Part shown: in pieces, positions 52,326-60,542 of the stretch | Numbering within the stretch: the first letter of the stretch is position 1 | Layout of the letters: every line of letters starts with the position of its first letter | NCBI GenBank assembly: GCA_035938095.1 | Contig: DASZHF010000126.1 | Span: 4,264-68,263, forward strand | Origin: Solirubrobacteraceae bacterium | Lineage (GTDB): Bacteria > Actinomycetota > Thermoleophilia > Solirubrobacterales > Solirubrobacteraceae | Direction: 5' to 3' | Length of the DNA stretch: 64,000 nt | Position numbers and translations under genes: made by a program | The notes under the pieces: generated by a model | Databases searched by the model: none | Told to the model about the DNA's origin: nothing | The model's input: the letters and a program-made list of their open reading frames with translations, nothing else

Positions 52326-53141
52326 ATGAGTCAACCAGCCGACATGCCAGACGAAAACCAGGCTGTGGGGGGTCGAGCTCGGGGGTTGCCCTGGCGCGTG
52401 GTCCTGAGCGCGCTGGTCGTGCTCGCCCTATTCGGACTGCTCGCCTTCACGCTCTTCCTCCCCGGTCAGCCGGGCCGCGCCTCATCACCCACCACATCGA
52501 CGCCAGCCCAGTCGCCGCGGACACCCAATCCGGGGAGCTCGCGAACGAACACCGTGGTCGATGCCCTCCCCACCGGGCTGGCTCTGCACTCCAACCCGGG
52601 CGGTCCGGTCGTCGGCTCCCTCTCCTCGCGCACGTCCTTCGGGTCCCCTCGCGTCGTTCCCGTCGTGCGGGCGGCATCCGGATGGCTGGGGGTGATCACG
52701 TCCCAGGTGCACAACGGCACGTTGGGCTGGATTCGAGCCCAGGGGGCAAACCTCCAGCAGATCACGTACTCGATCCGGATCGAGCTCCGCCGGCATCGCC
52801 TGACCGTCTTTCAGAACGGACACGTGGTACGGACCATGCCCGCCGGGATAGGGCAGCCGAACGCGCCGACGCCGGTCGGCCAGTTCGCGGTGACCGACAA
52901 GCTTCGCTTCCGACCGCTGAGCTCGGCCTACGGATGCTGTGCCCTGGCCCTGTCTGCCCACGAGCCTCACCTGCTGCCGGGGTGGACCGGGGGCGACCTG
53001 GTGGCCATCCACTCGACCCCCGACACGGCCAGCATCGGCCGGTCGGTGAGTCACGGCTGCGTGCGCGTGAGTCTGGCCCAGGGTCACTGGCTGATGGAGA
53101 ACATCCCGCTGGGGACGCTCGTCACCGTGCGTGACCGCTGA
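52326..53141 (+). CDS. L,D-transpeptidase (YkuD domain), membrane-anchored
   Basis: N-terminal TM VVLSALVVLALFGLLAFTLFL. Catalytic region is AIHSTPDTASIGRSVSHGCVRVS. Confidence 0.9.
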   Translation: MSQPADMPDENQAVGGRARGLPWRVVLSALVVLALFGLLAFTLFLPGQPGRASSPTTSTPAQSPRTPNPGSSRTNTVVDALPTGLALHSNPGGPVVGSLSSRTSFGSPRVVPVVRAASGWLGVITSQVHNGTLGWIRAQGANLQQITYSIRIELRRHRLTVFQNGHVVRTMPAGIGQPNAPTPVGQFAVTDKLRFRPLSSAYGCCALALSAHEPHLLPGWTGGDLVAIHSTPDTASIGRSVSHGCVRVSLAQGHWLMENIPLGTLVTVRDR

Positions 53142-53916
53142 GGCGTCCGAGCAGGCGCCGGCGGCGATTACTGCGAACGCGCGGGGCGGGCGGAAGCGCG
53201 CCGCCGGCCAGGATCGCACGCGGCGCGTCGTCGGTCATCCATCGCAGACGTGCCGCCAGCCCAGGCTCTTCGCGTTCGAGCTCGCGCACGTCGGCCGCAA
53301 GCGTCGGCGGGCGCCAGTCACTGGAGTGGGCGTCGCTGGCCAGAACGTGAGCCCATCCAGTCTCAATGGCGATGAGCGCGAGCCTGCGGCTGCCCGAGCG
53401 CCGGCCCCCGCGCAGCGAGCCGGAGGTCACCTGCACGAGGACCCCGCTGGCCACCAGGCTCGCGAGCCGCTCGGGCTCCTCGCGGAAGCTGGGGTTGTGC
53501 TCGGGGTGGGCCAGCGTGACCCGGAACCCGCGGGCGGTCACCGTCGCGAGCAGGCTTTCGAACATAGGGGGCAGCGGGCCGTAGGGCGACTCGATGAGCA
53601 GGTCGCGACCGCCCCCGCCCAGGCTGGCCGCGCGCAGATCCGCGTCGGAGAGCTCCAGCGCGGCGCTGAGATCGATCTCCGCCCCGGAGAGGACCTCGAG
53701 CTCGACGCCGCGCCGGTGAAGCGCCGCGTTGAGATCGGCGACCCGCGCTCGCAACTCCTCGGGCCGGACGGCGGGGTAGTCCTCGCGCAGGTGGGGAGTC
53801 GCCACGAGCCAGCGGGTCCCGCCGTCGGCCGCAACCTGGGCCATCGCGATGCTTCCCGCCAGGTCCGCCGGCCCGTCGTCGATCCCGGGCAGGACGTGGG
53901 AATGCAGGTCGATCAT
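53122..53916 (-). CDS. PHP-family protein-tyrosine phosphatase (CpsB/YwqE-like)
   Basis: MIDLHSHVLPGIDDGP N-terminus, with later HPE and SDAH motifs. Confidence 0.88.
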   Translation of the reverse strand: MIDLHSHVLPGIDDGPADLAGSIAMAQVAADGGTRWLVATPHLREDYPAVRPEELRARVADLNAALHRRGVELEVLSGAEIDLSAALELSDADLRAASLGGGGRDLLIESPYGPLPPMFESLLATVTARGFRVTLAHPEHNPSFREEPERLASLVASGVLVQVTSGSLRGGRRSGSRRLALIAIETGWAHVLASDAHSSDWRPPTLAADVRELEREEPGLAARLRWMTDDAPRAILAGGALPPAPRVRSNRRRRLLGRLSGHAR

Positions 53917-53966
53917 CGCCCGGGCACCGTGGGCGTTTCACGTTACCGCCTGCCTCGGCCTATTCG

Positions 53967-56249
53967 ATGTCGGACCCCGGCGCGGGTGGGATCGGCGCGC
54001 CCACGGACTCCAGCGCCCGCGGGACTGGGCCGCCCACGGACTCCCGCGCCCCCGAGACTCGGCCGCCCACAGACTCCAGCGCCCGCGGGACCGGCCCAGC
54101 CTGGGTGCCTCGCGCGCGGCGGATTCGCCCGCCCGCCAAACTAACCTGGCGCAGGAGTGCCGGAGTGAGAGCGTCCGCCTTCCCGTCCACCAGCAGGGCG
54201 CCGCTGCTCGTGCGCGCGGCGCCTTTGGCCATTCCCGGGGCAGCGATCCTGGTCGGGGTCATCGTCCTGGCCGAGAGTCACGGTGGCTTCGCTTCGAGTG
54301 TCTGGTATCCGGCCGCACTGACGGCGCTGGCCATGCTCGCCGTCCTGTTGCTGCTGGCCACGCCGCGGCCGCAGGAGCGCTCGCGCGGTATCACGCTCGT
54401 GCTGGGCGCCTACGGGCTGTTCTGCGCCTTCAGCTACCTGTCGGCCCTGTGGGCGGACGTGCCCGGCCAGGCCTGGGACGCTGCCAACCGCGACCTGCTG
54501 TACGGGATCGTCCTGGCCATCGTGGCCCTGCGCGCGTGGCCGCGCTCGTGGGCGCTCGCGGCGCTACTGGCCACGGTGGCAGGCGTGGCGGGAGTGGGAA
54601 TCGCGGCGCTGGTGGACAGCACGCAGGGAAACCCGGCCCGCCTGTTCCTCGACGGACGTCTGGCGTTCCCCTTCGGCTATGCGAATGCGACCGCCGACTT
54701 CTGGTTGATCGCCCTGTGGCCGGCGCTGTGGCTCGCCGCCGCGCCTCAGCTGCGCTGGTGGCTGCGCGGGCTCGCGCTGGGCGCGGCCGGGGTGCTCATG
54801 GAGATCTCGGTTCTGTCGCAGTCGCGGGGTGCCGTGCTCGCCTTCGGCCTGACCGCCGTCCTGTTCATCGCGTTCGTCCCCCGGCGCTGGCCCGCGCTGT
54901 TGATGCTGGGGGCATGCGGCGCGGCCACCGCCGTGAGCTGGAGCGCGCTGACCGGTGTGCGCAACGCGCGCGTGGTGGGCGAGATCGGCCCCGCCCTATC
55001 CGACGCGCGCCGCGCGATCGTCATCAGCCTGGTCGTGCTCGCGGGCGTCGGAGCAGCGTTCGCGTGGGCCGACCGGAACATCATCGGCCCCAGAGTGCAG
55101 CGCCGCCCGTCGCTGTTGCGACTGGGAAACACGCTGCTCGGGGGGCTGGGCGCGGTGGTGCTGATCGTCGTGCTCGCGATCATCGGCAACCCGGCGAGCT
55201 GGGCCCAGGCCCGCTACCACGACTTCAAGACATCGGGCTACAGCAAGGTCAACTCGGGCGGGAGCCGGTTCACCGGGTCGCTGGGATCCAACCGCTACGA
55301 CTTCTATCGGGTAGCGATCGACGAGTTCGCCAAGCACCCCGTGGGCGGACTGGGGGCGGAGAACTTCGCCGTCCAGTACCTGCAGCACCGTCGCAGCGAC
55401 GAAACCCCGACCTATCCCCACAGCTTCGCGTTCGGGACGCTCGCCGGCGTGGGGATCATCGGAAGCGTCCTGTTCCTGGGTTTCCTCGGTCTGGCCCTCC
55501 GAGCGGTGGCTTCGGCGGCCAGGCGAGCTGGGGTTGCCACGACCGGGCTGGTGATCGCTGCGGCCACGGGGTTTGCGATGTTCTTCATCCACGGGCTGGC
55601 CGACTGGCTGTGGCAGTTCCCGGCGCTCGGGATCCTGGCGTTCGCCCTCCTGGGCTTGGCCATGCGCATCCAGGCAGATCCCGCGCCTTCCGAGCCGTCA
55701 TCCGACCGGCCCGCGGCTGACGCGGTCATGATCCCGCCGGAGGAGCCCCCTCGCTGGCGGGCCGTCCTGCGCCGGGGCGCGGTGGCCGTCGGCGTGCTCA
55801 CGGTCGCGGTGTCGTTCGCCCTGCCCGGGATCGCCGCTCGCCTCACGGAGTCCGCCTACCACGTCTCGGCGACCGACCCGGCCCTGGCCATTCACAGGCT
55901 CTCGCGGGCCGAGGATCTCAACTTCATGCGCGCCGACGCCCCCCTGGCCGAGGGTTACATAGCGCAGGCCATCGGAGACAACGCGTCGGCCAGGGCCGAC
56001 TTTCATCGGGCGCTGGCGCGCGAGCCCCAGAACTGGTTCACCTACATGCTGCTGGGCATCCTCGAGGCGGACGACGGTCATCGCGCGGTGGCGGGCCGGG
56101 ACCTGGCCACCGCCTACGCGCTGAACCCGCGCCAACCGGTGGTGGCGGACGTCCGCGCCCAGGTGCTGGCCGGACAGAAGGTCGACATCCGCGTCGTGGC
56201 CGCGCAACTGGCGGCTCAACTGGCGACGCGACTCAAGCCCACCGGCTAG
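53967..56249 (+). CDS. O-antigen ligase/Wzy-like polymerase family membrane protein with C-terminal TPR region
   Basis: VLSQSRGAVLAFGLTAVLFIAF, YPHSFAFGTLAGVGIIG and a TPR-like tail (ALAREPQNWFTYMLLGILEADDG). The true start may be nearer 54166, because the first 60 codons contain a 33-bp repeat array. Confidence 0.85.
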   Translation: MSDPGAGGIGAPTDSSARGTGPPTDSRAPETRPPTDSSARGTGPAWVPRARRIRPPAKLTWRRSAGVRASAFPSTSRAPLLVRAAPLAIPGAAILVGVIVLAESHGGFASSVWYPAALTALAMLAVLLLLATPRPQERSRGITLVLGAYGLFCAFSYLSALWADVPGQAWDAANRDLLYGIVLAIVALRAWPRSWALAALLATVAGVAGVGIAALVDSTQGNPARLFLDGRLAFPFGYANATADFWLIALWPALWLAAAPQLRWWLRGLALGAAGVLMEISVLSQSRGAVLAFGLTAVLFIAFVPRRWPALLMLGACGAATAVSWSALTGVRNARVVGEIGPALSDARRAIVISLVVLAGVGAAFAWADRNIIGPRVQRRPSLLRLGNTLLGGLGAVVLIVVLAIIGNPASWAQARYHDFKTSGYSKVNSGGSRFTGSLGSNRYDFYRVAIDEFAKHPVGGLGAENFAVQYLQHRRSDETPTYPHSFAFGTLAGVGIIGSVLFLGFLGLALRAVASAARRAGVATTGLVIAAATGFAMFFIHGLADWLWQFPALGILAFALLGLAMRIQADPAPSEPSSDRPAADAVMIPPEEPPRWRAVLRRGAVAVGVLTVAVSFALPGIAARLTESAYHVSATDPALAIHRLSRAEDLNFMRADAPLAEGYIAQAIGDNASARADFHRALAREPQNWFTYMLLGILEADDGHRAVAGRDLATAYALNPRQPVVADVRAQVLAGQKVDIRVVAAQLAAQLATRLKPTG
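53999..54097 (+). repeat. Three 33-bp tandem repeats (gcccacggactccagcgcccgcgggactgggcc type)
   Basis: Units are 53999..54031, 54032..54064 and 54065..54097. In frame they would encode PPTDSSARGTG-like 11-mers. Confidence 0.9.
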
Positions 56250-56267
56250 TGGCGCCGATAAGGACTC

Positions 56268-56711
56268 ATGGCCGAGAATGGATCATTTGTCACAGGGTCG
56301 GGTAGGCTAGAACCGGTCAACGGGTCTGCTCCCTTGGCACAGACACCTCACCAGAGAACCCCAGCTGAGAAGGCCCGTGTCCTTCGCGAGTCCCTGCGGC
56401 TCGCGTCCGAGCTGGCCGACGCGCTGACCGCCCAGGCCGCGCGGGTAAAGCGCCAGTGCCAGCAGCTCGAAGAGGTGCTCGGCCGGCTGCCCGCTCTTCC
56501 CGACAGCGCCCCGGCCCCCCAAGCTCGCGAGCTGCGCCGGGCCGCGGTCGCCAACGGACCCGTCGAGGAGAGCCCGGCTCGCCTCGCCGCCATGGAGATG
56601 GCCGTCCAGGGCTCGAGCCGGCAGGAGATCGAGGACTATCTCAGAGAGAACCTGGACGTGGCCGAGGTGGACGAGATCCTCGACCAGGTCCTGCTCGGCC
56701 GCGGCGAGTAA
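56268..56711 (+). CDS. Hypothetical small soluble protein
   Basis: 147-aa ORF starting 19 nt after the polymerase gene. Helical, acidic C-terminus SSRQEIEDYLRENLDVAEVDEILDQVL. I recognise no family. Confidence 0.6.
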   Translation: MAENGSFVTGSGRLEPVNGSAPLAQTPHQRTPAEKARVLRESLRLASELADALTAQAARVKRQCQQLEEVLGRLPALPDSAPAPQARELRRAAVANGPVEESPARLAAMEMAVQGSSRQEIEDYLRENLDVAEVDEILDQVLLGRGE

Positions 56712-56757
56712 CGCTCTTCCCCCGACCCGCGTGTTCGGCGTCGGTGCCCCCGCCGAC

Positions 56758-56782
56758 GGCGCCCCGCTTGCTCAGGGGCGCC
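56758..56782. terminator. GC-rich hairpin GGCGCCCC-gcttgctca-GGGGCGCC in the convergent intergenic region
   Basis: Perfect 8-bp stem. It is part of the first copy of a duplicated module of about 34 bp (56733..56766). Confidence 0.4.
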
Positions 56783-56817
56783 GGTTCGCCGTTCTCGGCG
56801 TCGGTGCCCCGGCCAAC

Positions 56818-56850
56818 GGCGCCCCGTCCCGGGCGGGCGCCGACCCTCTT
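56818..56850 (+). terminator. GC-rich hairpin GGCGCCC-N10-GGGCGCC followed by CTCTTTCTT
   Basis: 7-bp stem (56818..56824 with 56835..56841), then a pyrimidine/T-rich tract. It is part of the second copy of the duplicated module (56792..56826). Confidence 0.4.
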
Positions 56851-56870
56851 TCTTAATAGAAGAAGTTGCC

Positions 56871-58367
56871 TCAGGCGGCCGCGGTGACCGGTGGGGTCAG
56901 CGCCTCGGGGGCGTCGGCCCGCATGATGAACGACACGCCCGCCGGCTCGATGCCGTACTGACGGTCGGCCACCAGTGTCCGCACGGTCTCGGCGATGATC
57001 GCCAGGTCCAGGGCCGCGGAGCGGTGCTTGAGGTAGTACAGGTCGTGGCACAGCTTCCACGCCGAACCCAGGTCGGAGCCCGCGTACCCGCACCGGACCT
57101 GCGCCCACCCGGTGATGCCGGGCCGGATCAGGTGCCGGCGGCTGTAGTAGGGCACGGTCTGCTCGAGCCGGTCGACGAACTCCGGCTGCTCGGGGCGCGG
57201 ACCGACGAGGCTCATCTCGCCTCGCAGGACGTTGATGATCTGGGGGAGCTCGTCGAGATGGGTACGGCGCAGGACCCTGCCGATCCGAGTGACGCGCGGG
57301 TCGTCGGCGGTCGTCCACTGCGCCATGTCGGGCGCTCCCATCCGCATCGTGCGCAGCTTGTAGACCGTGAAGGGCCGGCCCTGCTCTCCGATCCGCGTCT
57401 GGCGGAAGAAGCCGGGCCCGCCATCTCGTTTTATGAGGAGCGCCAGCGCGGCCATCAGCGCGAAGCACAGCGGAGAGACGAGGCTCGCCACCAGGAGATC
57501 GAAGAAGCGCTTGGACATGCCCCCGGGGGCGTGGAAGCGCGGGTGCATGATGTACTGGAACCAGGAGGCGTTGATCTCGGCCACCGGGACGTGCCCGAAC
57601 ACGGTCTCGTAGAACCCGGTGACCTCCCACAGCCGGACCGACAGGTGCAGGCAGGAGTTGGCCATCTCGTCGAAGACGGCGAGCCGCGAGACGCTGCCGG
57701 TCATCAGCAACAGGTCGATGCGATGACCCTCGACCAGCTCGCCGAGCTGGCCCAGCCCTCCCAGCACCGGCAGTCCCTCCTCGGCCTCGCTGTCCACGGC
57801 CTCGGGGGTGATCACTCCGAGCAGCACGTATTTGCCGACGCCGGCGAGCTGGAGCTCGCGAGCGAGCATCGCGGCCGAACCGGGCACGCCCAGCACTGCG
57901 GTCCTGATGCGCCGCTCGCGGCGCAGGAGTCGCCGCCCGGCGACGGCCGGCACGCCGACCGTGAAGGCGGCGAGCAGGAGCGTCCACGCCCCGATCGCCG
58001 GCACGCCGGTGAACGTCATCAGGATCACCAGCGACGCAGCTCCGAAGGCCGCCGGGGCCAGCGAGAACAGCACGCCCGTGAGGGGTAGCAGCGCGGTGTG
58101 CTGAGTCTCGCGCCGGAACACGACTCCGCCCAGCAGGAACGCCAGGAAGGTCAGCAGCGCACCCTCGTAGAGGGTGCCTTGATCGGAGGCCAGGGCGGCC
58201 ACCGCCGCAGCGGCCAGGACCGGACCGGCCAACGAGAGCACCGTCAGCTCGAGCACCTGGCGACCCAAGCCGCGATCGACTCGGACGGCGGCGACCGGTG
58301 CCGCCCGGAGCGTCTTCAGTTCTGACGGCGGGATGGCCGCCGTCTCAGTCGGAGAAGAACCGTCCAT
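56871..58367 (-). CDS. WbaP/EpsB-type polyprenyl glycosylphosphotransferase (bacterial sugar transferase), priming enzyme
   Basis: [11 protein letters not shown]...[32 protein letters not shown]...[21 protein letters not shown]. The track start at 58451 overlaps the LPXTG gene by 62 nt. ATG 58367 is preferred, though 58427 is also possible. Confidence 0.88.
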   Translation of the reverse strand: MDGSSPTETAAIPPSELKTLRAAPVAAVRVDRGLGRQVLELTVLSLAGPVLAAAAVAALASDQGTLYEGALLTFLAFLLGGVVFRRETQHTALLPLTGVLFSLAPAAFGAASLVILMTFTGVPAIGAWTLLLAAFTVGVPAVAGRRLLRRERRIRTAVLGVPGSAAMLARELQLAGVGKYVLLGVITPEAVDSEAEEGLPVLGGLGQLGELVEGHRIDLLLMTGSVSRLAVFDEMANSCLHLSVRLWEVTGFYETVFGHVPVAEINASWFQYIMHPRFHAPGGMSKRFFDLLVASLVSPLCFALMAALALLIKRDGGPGFFRQTRIGEQGRPFTVYKLRTMRMGAPDMAQWTTADDPRVTRIGRVLRRTHLDELPQIINVLRGEMSLVGPRPEQPEFVDRLEQTVPYYSRRHLIRPGITGWAQVRCGYAGSDLGSAWKLCHDLYYLKHRSAALDLAIIAETVRTLVADRQYGIEPAGVSFIMRADAPEALTPPVTAAA

Positions 58368-58389
58368 GGCTCTAAAGATGTCTCCGTAG

Positions 58390-58680
58390 TTATTGCCGTT
58401 GAGGTCGTGTCCGCCTGCGAAGGCCATAGCCGACCCCGAAGAGCCCGACACCGCTCAGGAAGAGCAGGCGCACGTCCACGCCCGTGAACGGAAGACGCTT
58501 GGGAGGAGACACGGTGCGCGAAGTGGCGACGGTCGAGCTGGGCTCGTGCCTGTGCACGGGCGGCAGCGGGATCGGGGTGGGCGGATAACCGCCGTTTAGC
58601 GGCGTCTGGGCCAGGGCGGGTGCCGAGGACAGCGCGAGCGTTGCACCGCACAGCACGAGTACCACACTTCTACGATTCAT
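58390..58680 (-). CDS. 96-aa secreted mini-protein with C-terminal LPXTG-type sorting signal
   Basis: The signal peptide is MNRRSVVLVLCGATLALSSAPALA. A Pro/Ser/Thr-rich 40 aa follows. The protein ends with LPFTG, the hydrophobic stretch VDVRLLFLSGVGLFGVGYGL and a basic tail RRRTRPQRQ. GC-rich third positions. Confidence 0.75.
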   Translation of the reverse strand: MNRRSVVLVLCGATLALSSAPALAQTPLNGGYPPTPIPLPPVHRHEPSSTVATSRTVSPPKRLPFTGVDVRLLFLSGVGLFGVGYGLRRRTRPQRQ

Positions 58681-59049
58681 TAGTGGAGCTACCCCCTAGT
58701 ACTAGTCGGCCGCCGTATATCGGGCCTGAAATATCCGGCCCATCCTTGGCCGGAAGGCCTTCCCGGGCTTGCAACCGTGCTCACCCATGGGTCTGCCCAT
58801 ACAACTACTACCAGTGTGGCAGCCCCTTGTCTAGGGCGGTTATCAGGTTCCCGACATGAAAAGGCACCCGAAGCCCGGTCCGGCGCGGCTTCGGCGGCCT
58901 TCTCCGTCGAGTACAACATCTGTCCGCTTTCCTTCCGGCACGACTTCAGGGACCCGTCCAAGGGGGCTCTACCCGCCGGCCCGGCCGATCATGCGGGGCG
59001 GGCATTTAGCGGGGGCGAGGCCGGGCGTGAGCGGGGACCGGGGCCAGGC
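58681..59049. other. Low-GC, palindrome-rich divergent intergenic region (candidate structured RNA or multi-operator region)
   Basis: CTAGTACTAG (58697), GGGCC-N10-GGCCC (58722), GGAAGGCCTTCC (58752), ACCCATGGGT (58784) and CCGAAGCC-N11-GGCTTCGG (58868). Third-position GC collapses across 58777..58860. Confidence 0.35.
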
Positions 59050-59772
59050 GTGAGCGGGGGCGAGGCCACCCTGCTCGCGGTCATCCTCGTCGCCGAGCTG
59101 GTCATCCTGCGCCGCGGGCAACGCCGGGCCCTGTGGGGGATCACGAGCCCTCGAGGGTGGGTGGGAACGCGATTGCTGGCCTACGCCCTGGCCGCCCCCG
59201 GGACGATCCTGCACGAGGGCGCGCACTACCTGGCGTGTCTCGGGCTCGGCGTTCCGGTGGGCCGCCAACTCTCGGCACCGGACGGGCGCCGGGTGCGAAC
59301 CCGGTGGTTCTGGCCGCAACGGACCCCCGAGGGCGACCTCGTGCTGGGGGGCGTGGTGCACGCTCGGACCGACCCGCTCCGCCAGGCCCTGATCGCCACC
59401 GCCCCGCTAATCCTCATCCCGCCCGCGCTGGCGGTCGCCACCGCGCTGCTGCTCGGTCAGCACGCCCTGGTGGGACTCCCCGATGCTCTCGGTCGGGTTC
59501 CGGCCTGGCACGCGGTCCTCTGGTGCTATCTCGCCCTGTCCTGCGGGCAGGCGGCCTTCCCGTCGCCGGGCGACCGGGTGGGAGCGATCGGCGCGCTGTG
59601 GCTGGTCGTGCTGACCGGCTCGGTCGCGTGGCTGCTCGTGACCCTGGGGGGCGCCGGCAGCCTGCTTGACGTCCTAGGAGCAGTGGTGGGCGTGCTGGCT
59701 GCCCCCGCGGCCGCAGCCAGTGTCTTGCTGGTGCTCGGCGCCGTGGGCGGGCGTCGTCGCCACTGGTCCTGA
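59050..59772 (+). CDS. Polytopic membrane protein with HExxH motif (putative zinc metalloprotease, M50/DUF3267-like)
   Basis: GTILHEGAHYLACLGLGVP lies within a TM-rich protein. The GTG at 59050 is chosen because upstream codons look non-coding. The start is uncertain. Confidence 0.65.
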   Translation: MSGGEATLLAVILVAELVILRRGQRRALWGITSPRGWVGTRLLAYALAAPGTILHEGAHYLACLGLGVPVGRQLSAPDGRRVRTRWFWPQRTPEGDLVLGGVVHARTDPLRQALIATAPLILIPPALAVATALLLGQHALVGLPDALGRVPAWHAVLWCYLALSCGQAAFPSPGDRVGAIGALWLVVLTGSVAWLLVTLGGAGSLLDVLGAVVGVLAAPAAAASVLLVLGAVGGRRRHWS

Positions 59773-59784
59773 CGACCTGGCGGT

Positions 59785-59818
59785 GCGATCTAGGGGGAGT
59801 CGCGATCTAGGGGGAGTC
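59785..59818. repeat. 17-bp tandem duplication gcgatctagggggagtc x2 covering the stop of the phosphoribosyltransferase gene
   Basis: Two exact copies at 59785..59801 and 59802..59818. They fill most of the convergent gap. Confidence 0.9.
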
Positions 59819-60499
59819 GCCCGACCGCGCGCGGGCGAGCAGTTCGCGCACCTCGGCGTCCGAGACCTCGGAGAAGTCCTCGTACCACAGCCCGACGGCC
59901 CGGAACGGCGACGGCGTGTGAAGGCACACCAGTTCGTCGACCTGTGCGCGCAGGCGGGGACAGGTCTCCGCGGCGGCCACGGGGACCCCCACGACCACGC
60001 CTCGCACCTCGGCGCGGCGCAGCACGGCGATCGCGGCCATCATGCTCGAGCCCGTGGCGAGACCGTCGTCGACCAGGATGGCCAGGCGGTCCGCCAGTGG
60101 CAGCGGAGCGAGCTGGGCGCCCTCCGCGCCGCGATAGGCCTGCTCGCGACGGAGCAGCTCTCGCTCCTCGGCCGCGGTGATCGCCTCGATCTCGCGCTCG
60201 CCGAGGCCAGAGTCCCGCACCACGCGGTCATCGAGCACCCGCACGCCCGAGGCGATCGCTCCCAGGGCCAGCTCCGGCTGGTAGGGAACGCCGAGCTTGC
60301 GGACCAGCAGTACGTCCATGGGGGCTCCCAGAGCACGGGCCACCTCGAAGGCCACCGGGACGCCACCGCGGGGTAGTCCAAGGACCAGCGCCTCGGGCCG
60401 GCCCCGGTAGTGGATGAGCGCCGCAGCCAGTTGTTGACCGGCGTCGCGCCGGTCGCGAAAGCGGGGTCCCATGGCACCACTGTGAAACCGGAGACCCAT
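59807..60499 (-). CDS. Phosphoribosyltransferase family protein
   Basis: FRDRRDAGQQLA...LGLPRGGVPVA...ILVDDGLATGSSMMAAI (PRPP-binding motif). Confidence 0.88.
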   Translation of the reverse strand: MGLRFHSGAMGPRFRDRRDAGQQLAAALIHYRGRPEALVLGLPRGGVPVAFEVARALGAPMDVLLVRKLGVPYQPELALGAIASGVRVLDDRVVRDSGLGEREIEAITAAEERELLRREQAYRGAEGAQLAPLPLADRLAILVDDGLATGSSMMAAIAVLRRAEVRGVVVGVPVAAAETCPRLRAQVDELVCLHTPSPFRAVGLWYEDFSEVSDAEVRELLARARSGDSP

Positions 60500-60542
60500 G
60501 GCGCCATTCTGACCCTCCGCAGGCCGCCTGGCGAGGCGCGGG

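Noticed and set aside
23222-54097. Tandem repeat arrays (18, 30, 33, 39-42 and 17 bp) considered as CRISPR or mobile-element signatures
   Set aside because: The units are directly adjacent with no unique spacers, number only 2 to 5 copies and are mostly in frame within genes. There are no cas genes, transposases, integrases or terminal inverted repeats nearby.
53849-55720. 623-aa ORF (+) overlapping the phosphatase start and the second Wzy-like gene
   Set aside because: It is in a different frame from the 760-aa ORF that carries the TM helices. It is extremely Arg/Gly/Pro-rich and has no motifs.
56641-57987. 448-aa ORF (-) overlapping the sugar transferase gene
   Set aside because: It is an alternative frame of the same strand with Arg/Pro/Gly junk. 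The 526-aa frame has the canonical sugar-transferase motifs.
58777-59049. N-terminal 91 codons of the 331-aa ORF for the HExxH membrane protein, and the 65-aa and 90-aa ORFs in the same region
   Set aside because: Third-position GC is low across 58777..58860 and the peptides are not protein-like. The region is better treated as non-coding.
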